In this document: piece after piece, positions 52,960 through 64,000 of the stretch
How the letters are laid out: every line of letters begins with the position of its first letter
How positions within the stretch are numbered: position 1 is the stretch's first letter
Assembly (NCBI RefSeq): GCF_030684315.1
Contig: NC_081397.1
Span: 9,114,001-9,178,000 of the forward strand
Direction of reading: 5' to 3'
DNA length: 64,000 nt
From: Stegostoma tigrinum
Taxonomy: Eukaryota
Notes under the pieces: generated by a model
Told to the model about the DNA's origin: nothing
Databases searched by the model: none
Seen by the model: the letters and a program-made list of their open reading frames with translations, nothing else
Program-made: the position numbers and the translations under genes

Positions 52960-53820
52960 TTGTCAAATAGAAACTGACAAGCATGTGTTGATTCCTCTGC
53001 TCAATCATTCACCCTGTAGAAACAGGCAAAAAACAGGTTGACACTCTCTCATATATGGAAAAAAAGTTTGCTATACCATTCTCAAATTCACATTTGAAAA
53101 ATGATATGTACAAATTAATATTTATGCTCACATATCAAACTACATGTACCCAAATGATAACTACGCTTATATATCCACAGCATATCAACAATCCGTTCTT
53201 CTCTGTTGCTAACACTCCAGTTTCACAGCATAACTTCACAGGTCCAATTTTATAAATGCATTTAAATATCCACAGACTTAACAGTTTTTTTTAGGTGCAG
53301 TGTGATAATGGCAGTAGATTCACCAACTTGAGGTACATTTAAGTTGTCATTGGATTAGCATGTGGACATACATGGAATAGTGTAGGTTAGATGGACTTCA
53401 GATCGGTATGACAGGTTGGCATACTATTGAGGGCTGAAGGGCCTGTACTGTGCTGTAATGTTCAATGTAACTACACTCCAATTTTCACAAGCAGATTCTC
53501 ATAGGTACGTACTGATCATGAACTTCACGTATCCATGAAGCAGAAATGGACAGGAACAGCTTGGTAATAACCCTCCCAATGTCATACAGCTTGAACTGAC
53601 AGGTACACTTTGATAACTATATGCATATCAACAGTGCAGTATCTGACACCTATGTATTGGTAACTACACACATACACACTCTCACACACACACTCTCACG
53701 GAGCAGAAAATGAGAAATATAAATGGATAACTAAACAGACATATTGACATTGCAGAAATTGACAGGCGACATGGATAACTACACTCATATCTTGCAGCAG
53801 AAACTGATAGTGACACTGAT
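52960..53820. repeat. Degenerate ~49-bp tandem repeat array (reverse orientation, with a small insertion)
   Basis: Same unit. Confidence 0.7.
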
Positions 53821-54365
53821 TGGAGAGCCGAAGTGGGAGAGAGAGTAAAATTTGTCAAATCAACAGAAAGCAAAAAGCACTGGTCACAGCACGTCAGCAC
53901 TCGTCTGTGACCAAGGTAATCCGATACCAAGACACGCTGGCAGGTGTCTGAGGAATGTACGAATAGTTTGGGCCTCGATATATTGGAGATTTGAAGAAGG
54001 ACGTCAAACCTTTCGAGGAAACAAAAAGTAAAGGGTCTTGACGGAACAGGCAATTTAAAATAGTGTCTAAAGATGGTGCGCACGATTAATGCTCTCTTTC
54101 AGGGAAAAAAAAAGTTATCGTTTGGTTTATTAACATATCGAGGTGTTTTTGAAATGTGAAATGAATATGCAGGTGCAGAGTGCAGATTTCGGCCCCTTTT
54201 TGCCGCTTGCATTTAAGTTTTTGAAAATTCGATTCAAGGTCAGAAATGGATATTCCACTCGGTTCGGGAATGCGGGAAAGGGAGATGAAGTCAAATATAC
54301 ATTCATAATCTAAAAGTAAATGTATTCGCGCATTCTGTTCTGTTCAACGTCCGAGTTTTCGTTAA

Positions 54366-54560
54366 ATATTGGCGGGCTTTTCGAGTTTGAAAGAAAGCGG
54401 CTGATGATTTGGCGCCGGGATTTTCCGGCCTCCTGCCCGGGCCCCCTCCGGATTGGTGAGGGAAGCAGATATCTGATTGGGCATTGAAACGACATGAGGA
54501 GATACTGAACAATGTGACCAATCAGCAATGGCCGCACCCCCATTCCTCCCGAAGGTATAA
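54366..54560 (+). promoter_or_regulatory. H2A promoter: E2F/CHR cassette, CCAAT boxes, TATA
   Basis: TTGGCGGG..TTTGAA..TTTGGCGC 54369-54415; ATTGG at 54452 and 54476; CCAAT ~54518; TATAA 54556. Confidence 0.75.
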
Positions 54561-55013
<453 letters not shown>

Positions 55014-55043
55014 AGAGACCGTTCTGTAACTTGACAATCCAAA

Positions 55044-55059
55044 GGCTCTTTTCAGAGCC
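55044..55059 (+). terminator. Histone 3' stem-loop (H2A)
   Basis: GGCTCTTTTCAGAGCC-ACCCA; downstream GAAAGAG. Confidence 0.97.
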
Positions 55060-55894
55060 ACCCACAACATCAGTGAAAGAGTCTCAGACCTCGTTTTTGT
55101 TCGATTGATTTAATTTTAAATATACAGAGCCTGGAACTTCGCAACGTCAAATTTCAATCACATCATTCATTGATCCTGTAGTTGTCACAGTTCGATAGAA
55201 AATGAAATCCATCCTGCTGCTCCTGATTTCGGTAATATTTCCATTCAGAGCTGGCAGCCGATGAGCAGGAAGAAGTTATGATGAGCTTATTATAAATTAC
55301 AATGTATGACATAATTGGAGAACAGAATAATCGTTTTGCAAATACGTTTTCCAGTCCCACTGCTTGTTGTTCACTGCCAATTTCACATCTCCCTTCATCG
55401 CATTAGAGAAAGCGAAAGTGACCCGGGACAGCACGTTGCAGGGTCATTTGCTTCTGATAATGAACGGCCGCTGACCCTCTGCGCATTAATCTCAGGTGCA
55501 GCTCATTTTCCTGCCTTTGATATTATCGAGTCCTCACAGTGTGGAAGCAGGCCATTCGGCCCATCGAGGCCCGACTGACCCTCTGAAGAGCATCTCTCAC
55601 AAAGTGCCCTTCCATATCCCTGTCACTCTGTCTTTCTCTGGACACACTGGGCCCATAGCATAGCCATGCCACATAAAGTGCACATCTTTGGACTATGGAG
55701 GAAACCAGAGCACCTAGAGGAAATCCTCAAAGACACGAAGGCCACCCACCAGCCTACCTTTTATCCTGGGAGAAGTAGCCCTGGCCTGTACAGCTTCTCC
55801 CTGAAGCTGAGCCCCTTACAAATCTTTTATGAATGTTTAAGCTTAAAGTTAAAAACAAAAGCTTCTCGTCAATCTGGCTGTTCATCATCTTGAA

Positions 55895-57660
55895 ACCTTG
55901 GATGAACTGTCTAATCCATTCCCTACAGCAGACCAGGAGTGCAGCATCAAAAGGGGACGACCAGGGCTGTTTCAGAAAATTCAGCGGAGAAGGCTTCAGC
56001 AAATCCATCAAAGATACCAAGGGGCAGGACTGGAACAGTTTAGTGGCCCCAACCATCCAAACTGAGCAAAGCAAGATAGTGGACAAAGACAGTTCCCACC
56101 CTGATGCTGTCCATGCTTGGTTGACACAGAATGCCAGCAGCGTGGTGTCCACTGCCCCGCCAGGCCTCAACGCACCTGTTCTATCGGTCACTGCAGTTGT
56201 CAGATCCGTCTTCCTGGTGAGAACACCCAAGGAAAGTAACAGACCTGGACTGAAGCACCAACTGTGCATGTAATTCCTGTGGGGAGGTACTCTCTGACAT
56301 CTTTGTCTCCCTCTGACAAGCTGTACTCTGCACCTGCTTGAGAAGACCACCATTATCCCAGTCCTAAAATCTACATGCAATATGACTTCATCTGTACTGC
56401 CCAGTGGCTCTGGCATCCAAAATCATGAAGTGCTCAGAGATGCTGGTCATGGCCCACTTGAACTCTCGACTTTCAGCCTGCCTCAATCCCTTGCAATTTT
56501 CCCACTAATGCAACAGGCCCACAGCAGATGCCCTTTTCCCAGCCCTGCAATCATCCCTGGAACATCTGGGCAACAAGGCCACCTACAATCAGGCTTCTGC
56601 TCATCAACTACAGCTCAGTCTTCAACACCATTATCCCTGCAAGACGGAACTCAAAACTAACACCTCAGGCTTGGCTCCTCCCTGTGCAACTGACTCCTCA
56701 GCTTCCTGAAACACAGACCACAAATCAAGAAGATAGGCAACTGAATCTCCTCTGCGAGGACATTCAAACACTGCAACCCTCAAGAATGCATTCTCAGGTC
56801 CCTACTGTACTCCTTGTATACTCACAATTGTTGTCAAATTCTGAATGAATGCCACCTATAAGTTTGCTGTTGACAACACTATGATGGGATGGATAATAAA
56901 TAATGATGATTCAGATGACAGGAAGGAGATGGAGGGTTTGGTGACGTGGTGCAATTATAAAAAGAAAACTGAATGGTCACAAAACAAAAGAACTTATAAT
57001 TGGTTTCAGAAGGAAAAGAGCAGAACACACCCTCAGGTCCATCAACAGAGCAGGGTGCTGAGAGTGTCAATTTCCCAAGAGTTACAATAACCAACAACCT
57101 TCATGGGACTTCCCACATAGATGCAATGGTAATGAAGGCACAAAAAGGCCTCGTCTTCCTGAGGCTGCTCATGTATTTGGCATGTTACTCATGCACCATA
57201 GAAAGCATACTGTCTGGGTTCATCAAGGCCTGATATGGAACCTGCTCTGTCCTGTTCCACGAGCAACTATGGAAGGTTGTGTTCACACCCCACACCGTCA
57301 CGGCACCCAACTTCCCAACCATGGGCTCTCATTGCTGTGCAAAGCCTGAGACATCAAAATCCATCCAACCCCAATGGTGCCCTCCTACAACCTCTTGCAT
57401 CAGGCAGAAGATACAGAAGCTCGAACACCCACACCAGCAGGTTCAAGAACAGATTCTTCCCTGTCATTGTCAGACTGACGAATGGAATCTTAAATTTCAA
57501 AAGTGTTGATCTTGCCTGCATACATCCTGTGGAGTGTAACTTGTATGCCTTATCATTTCCATTTTTCACATTATGACCTGTATGTGCTTACTGACTATGA
57601 TCTGGCTATACTGCTCGCCAACAAAACCATTCACTATTTAGGAACATGTCACAATAAATC
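55895..57660 (+). mobile_element. Degenerate Rex1/Babar-like LINE
   Basis: 'IRLLLINYSSVFNTIIP', 'YKFAVDNTMMGWIINNDDSDDRKEMEGLVTWC', 'CTIESILSG', 'TSRFKNRFFP'. Confidence 0.75.
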
Positions 57661-58645
57661 TAACTAAATTCCTGTAGCAGAGAGACCAGAATTGAATGCA
57701 TTATTCCAAGTGTTCTAATCCATGTCCTGTAAAGCTGCAACTTGTCCTCCCAACTACTGTTCTCAATATACTGGCCAAATTTTCCGAAGGATACCATCAG
57801 CAACAAATGTTGAAACAGAAGTTAAACAAGATACAACCTTATTTTCAAAAGGCTGAAAAAGCCACCCCAGTGCCCCCTGAAAGAAGTTTTGTACAAGATG
57901 TGATAATGTGATAATGGGCCAGTTGGAGGTTTCAGTTCAGTGGTGGTTAATGCAGCTAAATTGTACGTGTTCAAATATCATGAAATAAAAACAAAAACGG
58001 CAACTTCTGATCAGGTTCCAGTTTCACAACTGATTTTTCTTTTTGTGAAGAGAAGGTGTGTGGCCAAGATATTGTCAATTCACACATTCTTTCCAAGCAG
58101 TTTTAAAAGGCAATCATTTCACGTTGAACATCTGTCTCTGCCTCAATTATATGAAAAGAGCACGTCCTTAAAAACAAGACACATTGCTGAATTTACCTTC
58201 ACCCATTTGTTCAAAATGTGGGAAACTGGCATATTTACTGTCAACCCCTCATGCCTCCAGTAGCTTGTGAGCAGGTGTCAGCACTAGAAACATATTCAAC
58301 CCTAATCATCAAAGCCCTGAAGCCTGCATGCATGTTACATTTATTATAAATACAGAGGTTAAAGCGGTTTGAATTTGTTCATCAGATTATTAGCATCACT
58401 GGCTCGGCTAAACCACCTGTAATTGCCATAGAGCCATTATATATAAGTCAATATCAGTGATGGGAGTGTGGAGTCACACCTAAAAGGGAGAGAGAACATA
58501 ATAAACTCCAGTAACTCATTGTTCAGCCACTTCCATTTGCTCAAGTTGCTTTTTTTGACTCCATTTCCAGGGTGACAAGCCTTAGTGGGGTATGGATCAT
58601 GTGCTTCACCCCTGGCAAACAAAGCAATTACCATCTATTTCAGTC

Positions 58646-59735
58646 AGAGAAAATGGGAACTGCAGATGCTGGAGAATCTGAGATAACAAAGTGTGGGGCT
58701 GGATGAACACAGCAGGCCAAGCAGCATCTTAGGAGCACAAAAGCTGATGTTTTGGGCCTAGCCCCTTCATCAGAAAATGGGGGCTGGGGAGGCAATTCTG
58801 AAATAAATAGGGAGAGAGTGGGAGGCAGACTGAAGATGGATGAAGGAGAAGATAGGTGGAGTAGCGAGTATAGGTGAGGAGTTAGAGAGGGGATAGATCA
58901 GCCTGGGGAGGATGGACAGGTCAAGGGGGGGAGATAAGGTCAGTAGGTAAGAAATGGAGATGTGGGTGGGAGGAGGGGATAGGTGAGAGGAAGAAAGGGT
59001 TAGGGAGACAGGGTGGGGGCGAGCTGGGCTGGTTTTGGGATGCAGTGGGGAGAGGGGAGATTTTGAAGCTGGTGAAATCGATAGCACTAGGCTGCAGGGT
59101 TCCCAAGTGGAACATGAGTTGCTGTTCCTGCAACCTTCGAGTGGCATCATTATTGCACTGCAGGAGGCCCAGGAGGGACATTTGCCTAAGAAGTGGGAGG
59201 GTGAGTTAAAATGGTTCACGACTGGGAGGTGCAGTTGTTTATAGCAAACCGAGTGTAGGTGTTCTGCAAAGCTGTCCCTAAGCCTCCACTTGGTTTCCCC
59301 AATGTAGAGGGAGCCACAACGGGTACAGTGGATACAGAATAACACATTGGCAGATGTGCAGGTGAACATCTGCTAGATGTGGATCATCTTGGGGCCTGGG
59401 ATGTAGCTGAGGGAGGAGGGGTGGGGGGCAAGTGGAGCACTTCCTGCAGTGGCAGGTGAAAGTGCCAGGTGTGGTGGGGGTGGAGGGGAGTGTGGAGTGG
59501 ACAAGGGAGTCGCAGACAGAGTGGTCTCTCCGAAAGGTAGATCAGAGTGGGGATGGAAAAAATGTCTTGTGGTGGGGTCGGATTGTAGATGGTGGAAGTG
59601 TCAGAGTTCACCTCCCACTCATGAACTATTTTAACTCCCACTCCCATTCCTCAGACGACATGTCCAACCTGGGCCTCCTGCAATGCCATAGTGATGTCAC
59701 CCATAGGTTTCAGGAACAGCAACTCATTCTCCATT
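58646..59735 (-). mobile_element. Penelope-like element 3' portion with short inverted arm (~59600-59735)
   Basis: 'FTCTSANVLFCIHCTRCGSLYIGETKWRL'; terminus matches 15152 onward. Confidence 0.85.
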
Positions 59736-60506
59736 GGTGCCCCATTGATACATTGACAGGGATGAACTTTCGTGGAATCTCGACACAGCAGGAAATGGCC
59801 TTTCGAGCCTGATCGATCCTCCGAAGAACATGGAAAGAACAGCTGATGCTATAAATCAGGAACAAGACCAGAAGTAGCTGAAAAAGCTCAACAGGTCTGG
59901 CAGTCGTGAAGAAAATAAAATCCAGAGTTGACGTTTCAGCTCCCGCCACCCTTGCAGTTCTGAGGAAAGCTCACGGGACCCGAAAACTTAGCTCTGATTT
60001 TTTTTCTTCTTCAGAGATGTTGCCAGACCTGCTGAGCTGTTTCAGCAACTTCTGGTTTTGCTGCGACAAGCATCAACCGAAACAGGCTGGGGCCTGAGGG
60101 AAAGTGTGATGTCTGGTCTGAACCCCCTACATATTGGCGGGCTTTTCAGATTTGAAATAAAAGCGGTTGATGATTTGGCGCCAATTATTTCTCCCGCCCA
60201 CCTTCCCAGCCGTGTTCAGTTCGAGTGGGGTAACACCAAGGGAAGCATAGGCAGGGAGGTGCTTTCCTGTCACTCAAATCTCCAGCACACTGGGAGGCTT
60301 CAATTATGTACTGCCATCAATTTATATCTTCCCCACAGCAATGTCCGTTTTGTCTTCTAATTAACGTGACAAATCCACTTCTCGGCCAGATTGAAATTGT
60401 TTAATAAACAGACGAAACGACACAATACAACAGCAGAAAAAAACTGGGCGCATAATAAAGTAACCAACATTGCCAATCGATTGCTGCTCTCTCGGGACAG
60501 TTTAGT

Positions 60507-60522
60507 GGCTCTGAAAAGAGCC
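60507..60522 (-). terminator. Histone 3' stem-loop (H3)
   Basis: Reverse complement GGCTCTTTTCAGAGCC. Confidence 0.97.
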
Positions 60523-60566
60523 GTTGCGTTTCTCGGGGTGAATGTGCAGGGCCGGGCACGCTCCGT

Positions 60567-60983
<417 letters not shown>

Positions 60984-61044
60984 TCAACTCTCTACAACAC
61001 ACACACAAGCTGCTGCTGTCAATGCCGACGCCGCTGCTGCGCTG

Positions 61045-61212
61045 CCTATTTAAGGGAATGGAGAGCCCGCCCTAGAGCTGGGATTGGATACAGTCCCGTC
61101 CCTCAATCCCCTGAGAAACAGCTCCGGAAGGGACAGAAAAGGCCGAATAATATTTTTTGGAGGCTGATTGGTTAACGTGAAATGACAGTTGGCCTCTTTC
61201 AAAAAGCCCGCC
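61045..61212 (-). promoter_or_regulatory. H3 promoter (paralog): TATA-like, CCAAT, CDE/CHR-like
   Basis: Minus strand TTAAATA ~61047-61053; CCAAT ~61083 and ~61167; GGCGG-N4-TTTGAA 61198-61212. Confidence 0.75.
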
Positions 61213-62243
61213 GATTTTACCCTCGCGATCCTGAGTTTAAAGTAAATATTTCAAAGGATAATAAAGTCCGCCTCCGATCAAATCGTGTACTTTGCAAACT
61301 AAGTTTTTTGAACAAACTCTACATCAGCGGAGACAGGACGACAGGACTGCCTCATCTGTCTGTAACAGACGTGAGGAAAGGGGGAGGGCGTGTAATACAG
61401 CCGGACAAACATGATGAACGGAACGTATAACTGCCGTTAATGCATCTAAATACCGCCGAATAAAGCATTTTAAAAGCTAATATGGTGCAACACAGTGTAA
61501 CGAATAAAGTTACACAAACTCAATTTAGCGGCATTTCTACCTTTCGCCTAGGTTATAATTAGTCCCAAGATAATTTGGCGTTGCTTCCTGCAACAGGCTG
61601 ATGGAAAGTAAATTAAAACTTTCACAGTTGTCCCAGAATCAAAACTGAAAGAAATATCATTCCTGTAACGGTTAATGAAATACAAATACAGCAATATATG
61701 CTAACTCCAGCCCCCAACTGGATCTGTAAATAAAACTATTCTCCACAATGCAGTGAACACAATTTTCGGCAAAAGAACTGCGATCTCGAGCTTCATGTTC
61801 GAAGCAGATAAAAACAGGGACTTTTTTTCAAAGCAGTTGTGATACAATTAAACGCCCATGATCAGGCCTTTCTTAACAAGACAACACGGTTTCTTCCATT
61901 TCTACGTCAGTTTCTATTCCCCCAGCTGAATGAGACAAAATCATTTCTTGAGGATTGTGTGGTGAAGAGGGGTTTCAGAGCCTGTGTTTGACTCTTTGAG
62001 ACTCTCTCCCTGCATGTGTGACAAGCAGACTGACATGAACTGACAAAGCACTAGAGCCTATGGTCTATGTGAGCAGGACCTCACACTCACATATTGTAGA
62101 GTATGGAAGAGGGGCTGAGTGTAAATCCGATAGGTAAATACGGAACGGTTATTCACATAAATCAGTGTCTAAATTATTCCTGCACTCGGAGCTAGGACAG
62201 GGATCATTTGATCCGGGCTCAGCTCTCTCCTGAAAGATGTGGT

Positions 62244-62259
62244 GGCTCTGAGAAGAGCC
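62244..62259 (-). terminator. Histone 3' stem-loop (H1)
   Basis: Reverse complement GGCTCTTCTCAGAGCC-ACCAC. Confidence 0.95.
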
Positions 62260-62295
62260 TTTGGGTTCAGGTTGTTACATGTTACACCGACTGCA

Positions 62296-62919
62296 TCATT
62301 TCTTTGCTGCTTTCTTGGTCACTTTCGCTTTGGGCTTGGCCTTTGCCTTCGCCGATTTCGGGGCCGGCTTGGCGGTCTTGGGGCTCTTGGTCTTTTTCAC
62401 TTTCTTCACGGGAGTCTTTTTCTTCGGCGTTGCTTTCTTCGCCGGTTTCTTCGGCGTTGCTGCCTTCTTGCCGCCCTCTTTCTTGCCTGTCGCTTTCTTC
62501 GCTGCCACCTTCTTGCTCGTTGTTTTCTTCACGGCTGCTTTCTTGGCGGCTGCTGCTGGTCTCGCCTTCTTTCCCACTTTTGTCTTGACTGGATTCTTTG
62601 CGAGTTTGAAGGAGCCGGAGACGCCCTGGCCCTTCACCAGAACCAGGGAGCCTTTCGCCAGGCACCTCTTGGCAGCCATCCTGATCTGTGCATTTTGCTT
62701 CTCCACATTGACCCCGCTTCTCTGCAGCGCCTTCTTTATAGCGACCAGAGACGTTCCCTTCCGATCGCTGTTCTCCCCGACAATCTTCACAATCCGCTCG
62801 CCCAACCCGGGACCGGCTGGTTTCTTCCTGGGAGCTGTCGCCTTCTTCTTCTTGGGAGACTTGGGTTTGGTGCTGGCGGAGGCTGGAGGAGCGGTTTCGG
62901 CGGCTGCACTGTCGCTCAT
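62296..62919 (-). CDS. H1: Linker histone H1 (207 aa)
   Basis: Paralog of 42340-42978; flanking homology spans ~41220-43310 versus 62170-64000. Confidence 0.97.
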   Translation of the reverse strand: MSDSAAAETAPPASASTKPKSPKKKKATAPRKKPAGPGLGERIVKIVGENSDRKGTSLVAIKKALQRSGVNVEKQNAQIRMAAKRCLAKGSLVLVKGQGVSGSFKLAKNPVKTKVGKKARPAAAAKKAAVKKTTSKKVAAKKATGKKEGGKKAATPKKPAKKATPKKKTPVKKVKKTKSPKTAKPAPKSAKAKAKPKAKVTKKAAKK

Positions 62920-63065
62920 GTCGGGAACTCTGCGCTGAATCTCTCTCTGTCAAACTGAACTGGGTCAGCAATGAAGCTGCTGGTGGCGGCACTGAGCAAC
63001 TTAAAGGCAGCGAGCGGACGGCGCGGAGACAACCTGCCCTCAGCTCCCTGCTCCTGCTGCCTGTC

Positions 63066-63072
63066 TGTGTTT
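63066..63072 (-). promoter_or_regulatory. H1 box (AAACACA)
   Basis: Exact H1-specific AC-box ~150 bp upstream of the ATG. Confidence 0.8.
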
Positions 63073-64000
63073 CTCTCTCGGCACAAACTCTCCAATTCCT
63101 CTGCAATTCCGCATCTCCAGAGAGCCAGGCTCGATCGTTCCTGACCCTGACTCGGGAAGGTTTGCGGCCGAAGCGTTTTCACTCGAATTGACGGCTCCGT
63201 TGTCGAGTTAAACGCATTTTGCTGCTGCACTGATCGCTCTCTCTGAGCTGAGCGCTGGCATTATCATCACTTTTGGGCTGAAATCTAGAAAGCAACAAAC
63301 ACGTTGCCTTGAATTCTAGCTTTGGGGTTTAGTGAGGGAGCAGGGGGATAAGTTGAATCGAAAATCTTTTTAATTTGCTCAAGACAGACTGGGAAATATC
63401 ATGATATGAGCGGACACACAAACACAGTTACGTTAAACTCTCCCGACCGCCCTTTACCTACAGTCTCTCTGACTCAATATTCACATCCATACAGTCGCAG
63501 GCCAGAAATATCGCGAAATATAAATGTGGGCGGATATAATTTATTTTCCTTTCAGCCTTTGCTCCGATACCCAGGGAGTTCGTTGTAGTTTTTTTCTCTC
63601 TCCTCAGTCACTGTTAAACTCTCTGAGGACGGAGCGCCGGAGATTCGCTCTTCTCCTGATTCAGCTGCAAGAGCCAATCATCTGGTTTGAAGTTACATTG
63701 ATCACCCAGGTCAATATTTTTCTGGGAATAAACAGGCAGAGAAACACAAATAATAGCAACTGAAACTAACAAATCAGCCCTTCAAACCTCTCCTCCCAGT
63801 CCTCATGAAAATGGCAGGTCATCCAACTCAATAGCCTGTGTCCGTTTCTCTCTCATATCGAATCATTCAGCATATCTTCAGTCCAGCCATAACATGCCGA
63901 ATTTAATGCCGAACTGAACTAGTTCCACCCACCTGACCCTGGCCTGTTTCCTTTCAAACCTGTCATGTTCACGTACTAATCCAAATGCCGTTTTAATGTT

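Overview
Eukaryotic vertebrate DNA. The HE1-type SINEs, CR1/HER1-type LINEs and Penelope-like repeats point to a cartilaginous fish, probably a shark (inference). The window is part of a replication-dependent histone cluster with 8 intronless genes: H4+, H3+, H2A-, H2B-, H1+, H2A+, H3-, H1-. Each has a 3' stem-loop and recognisable promoter elements. The genes form partly deleted copies of one unit in inverted orientation. Between them lie many CR1, Rex1 and Penelope-like (PLE) fragments; several PLE fragments carry hammerhead-ribozyme motifs and fold-back structures. Main observations: (1) an unidentified multi-exon gene-like module in 7 copies, with a near-identical NRF1/CpG first exon, phase-compatible exons 2 and 3, and a degenerate ~49-bp satellite; (2) an H3 with K115E at the nucleosome dyad; (3) a clean deletion of H4 from the inverted cluster copy; (4) an H1 paralog lacking its H1 box. 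All alignments were done by eye, and repeat boundaries are approximate.
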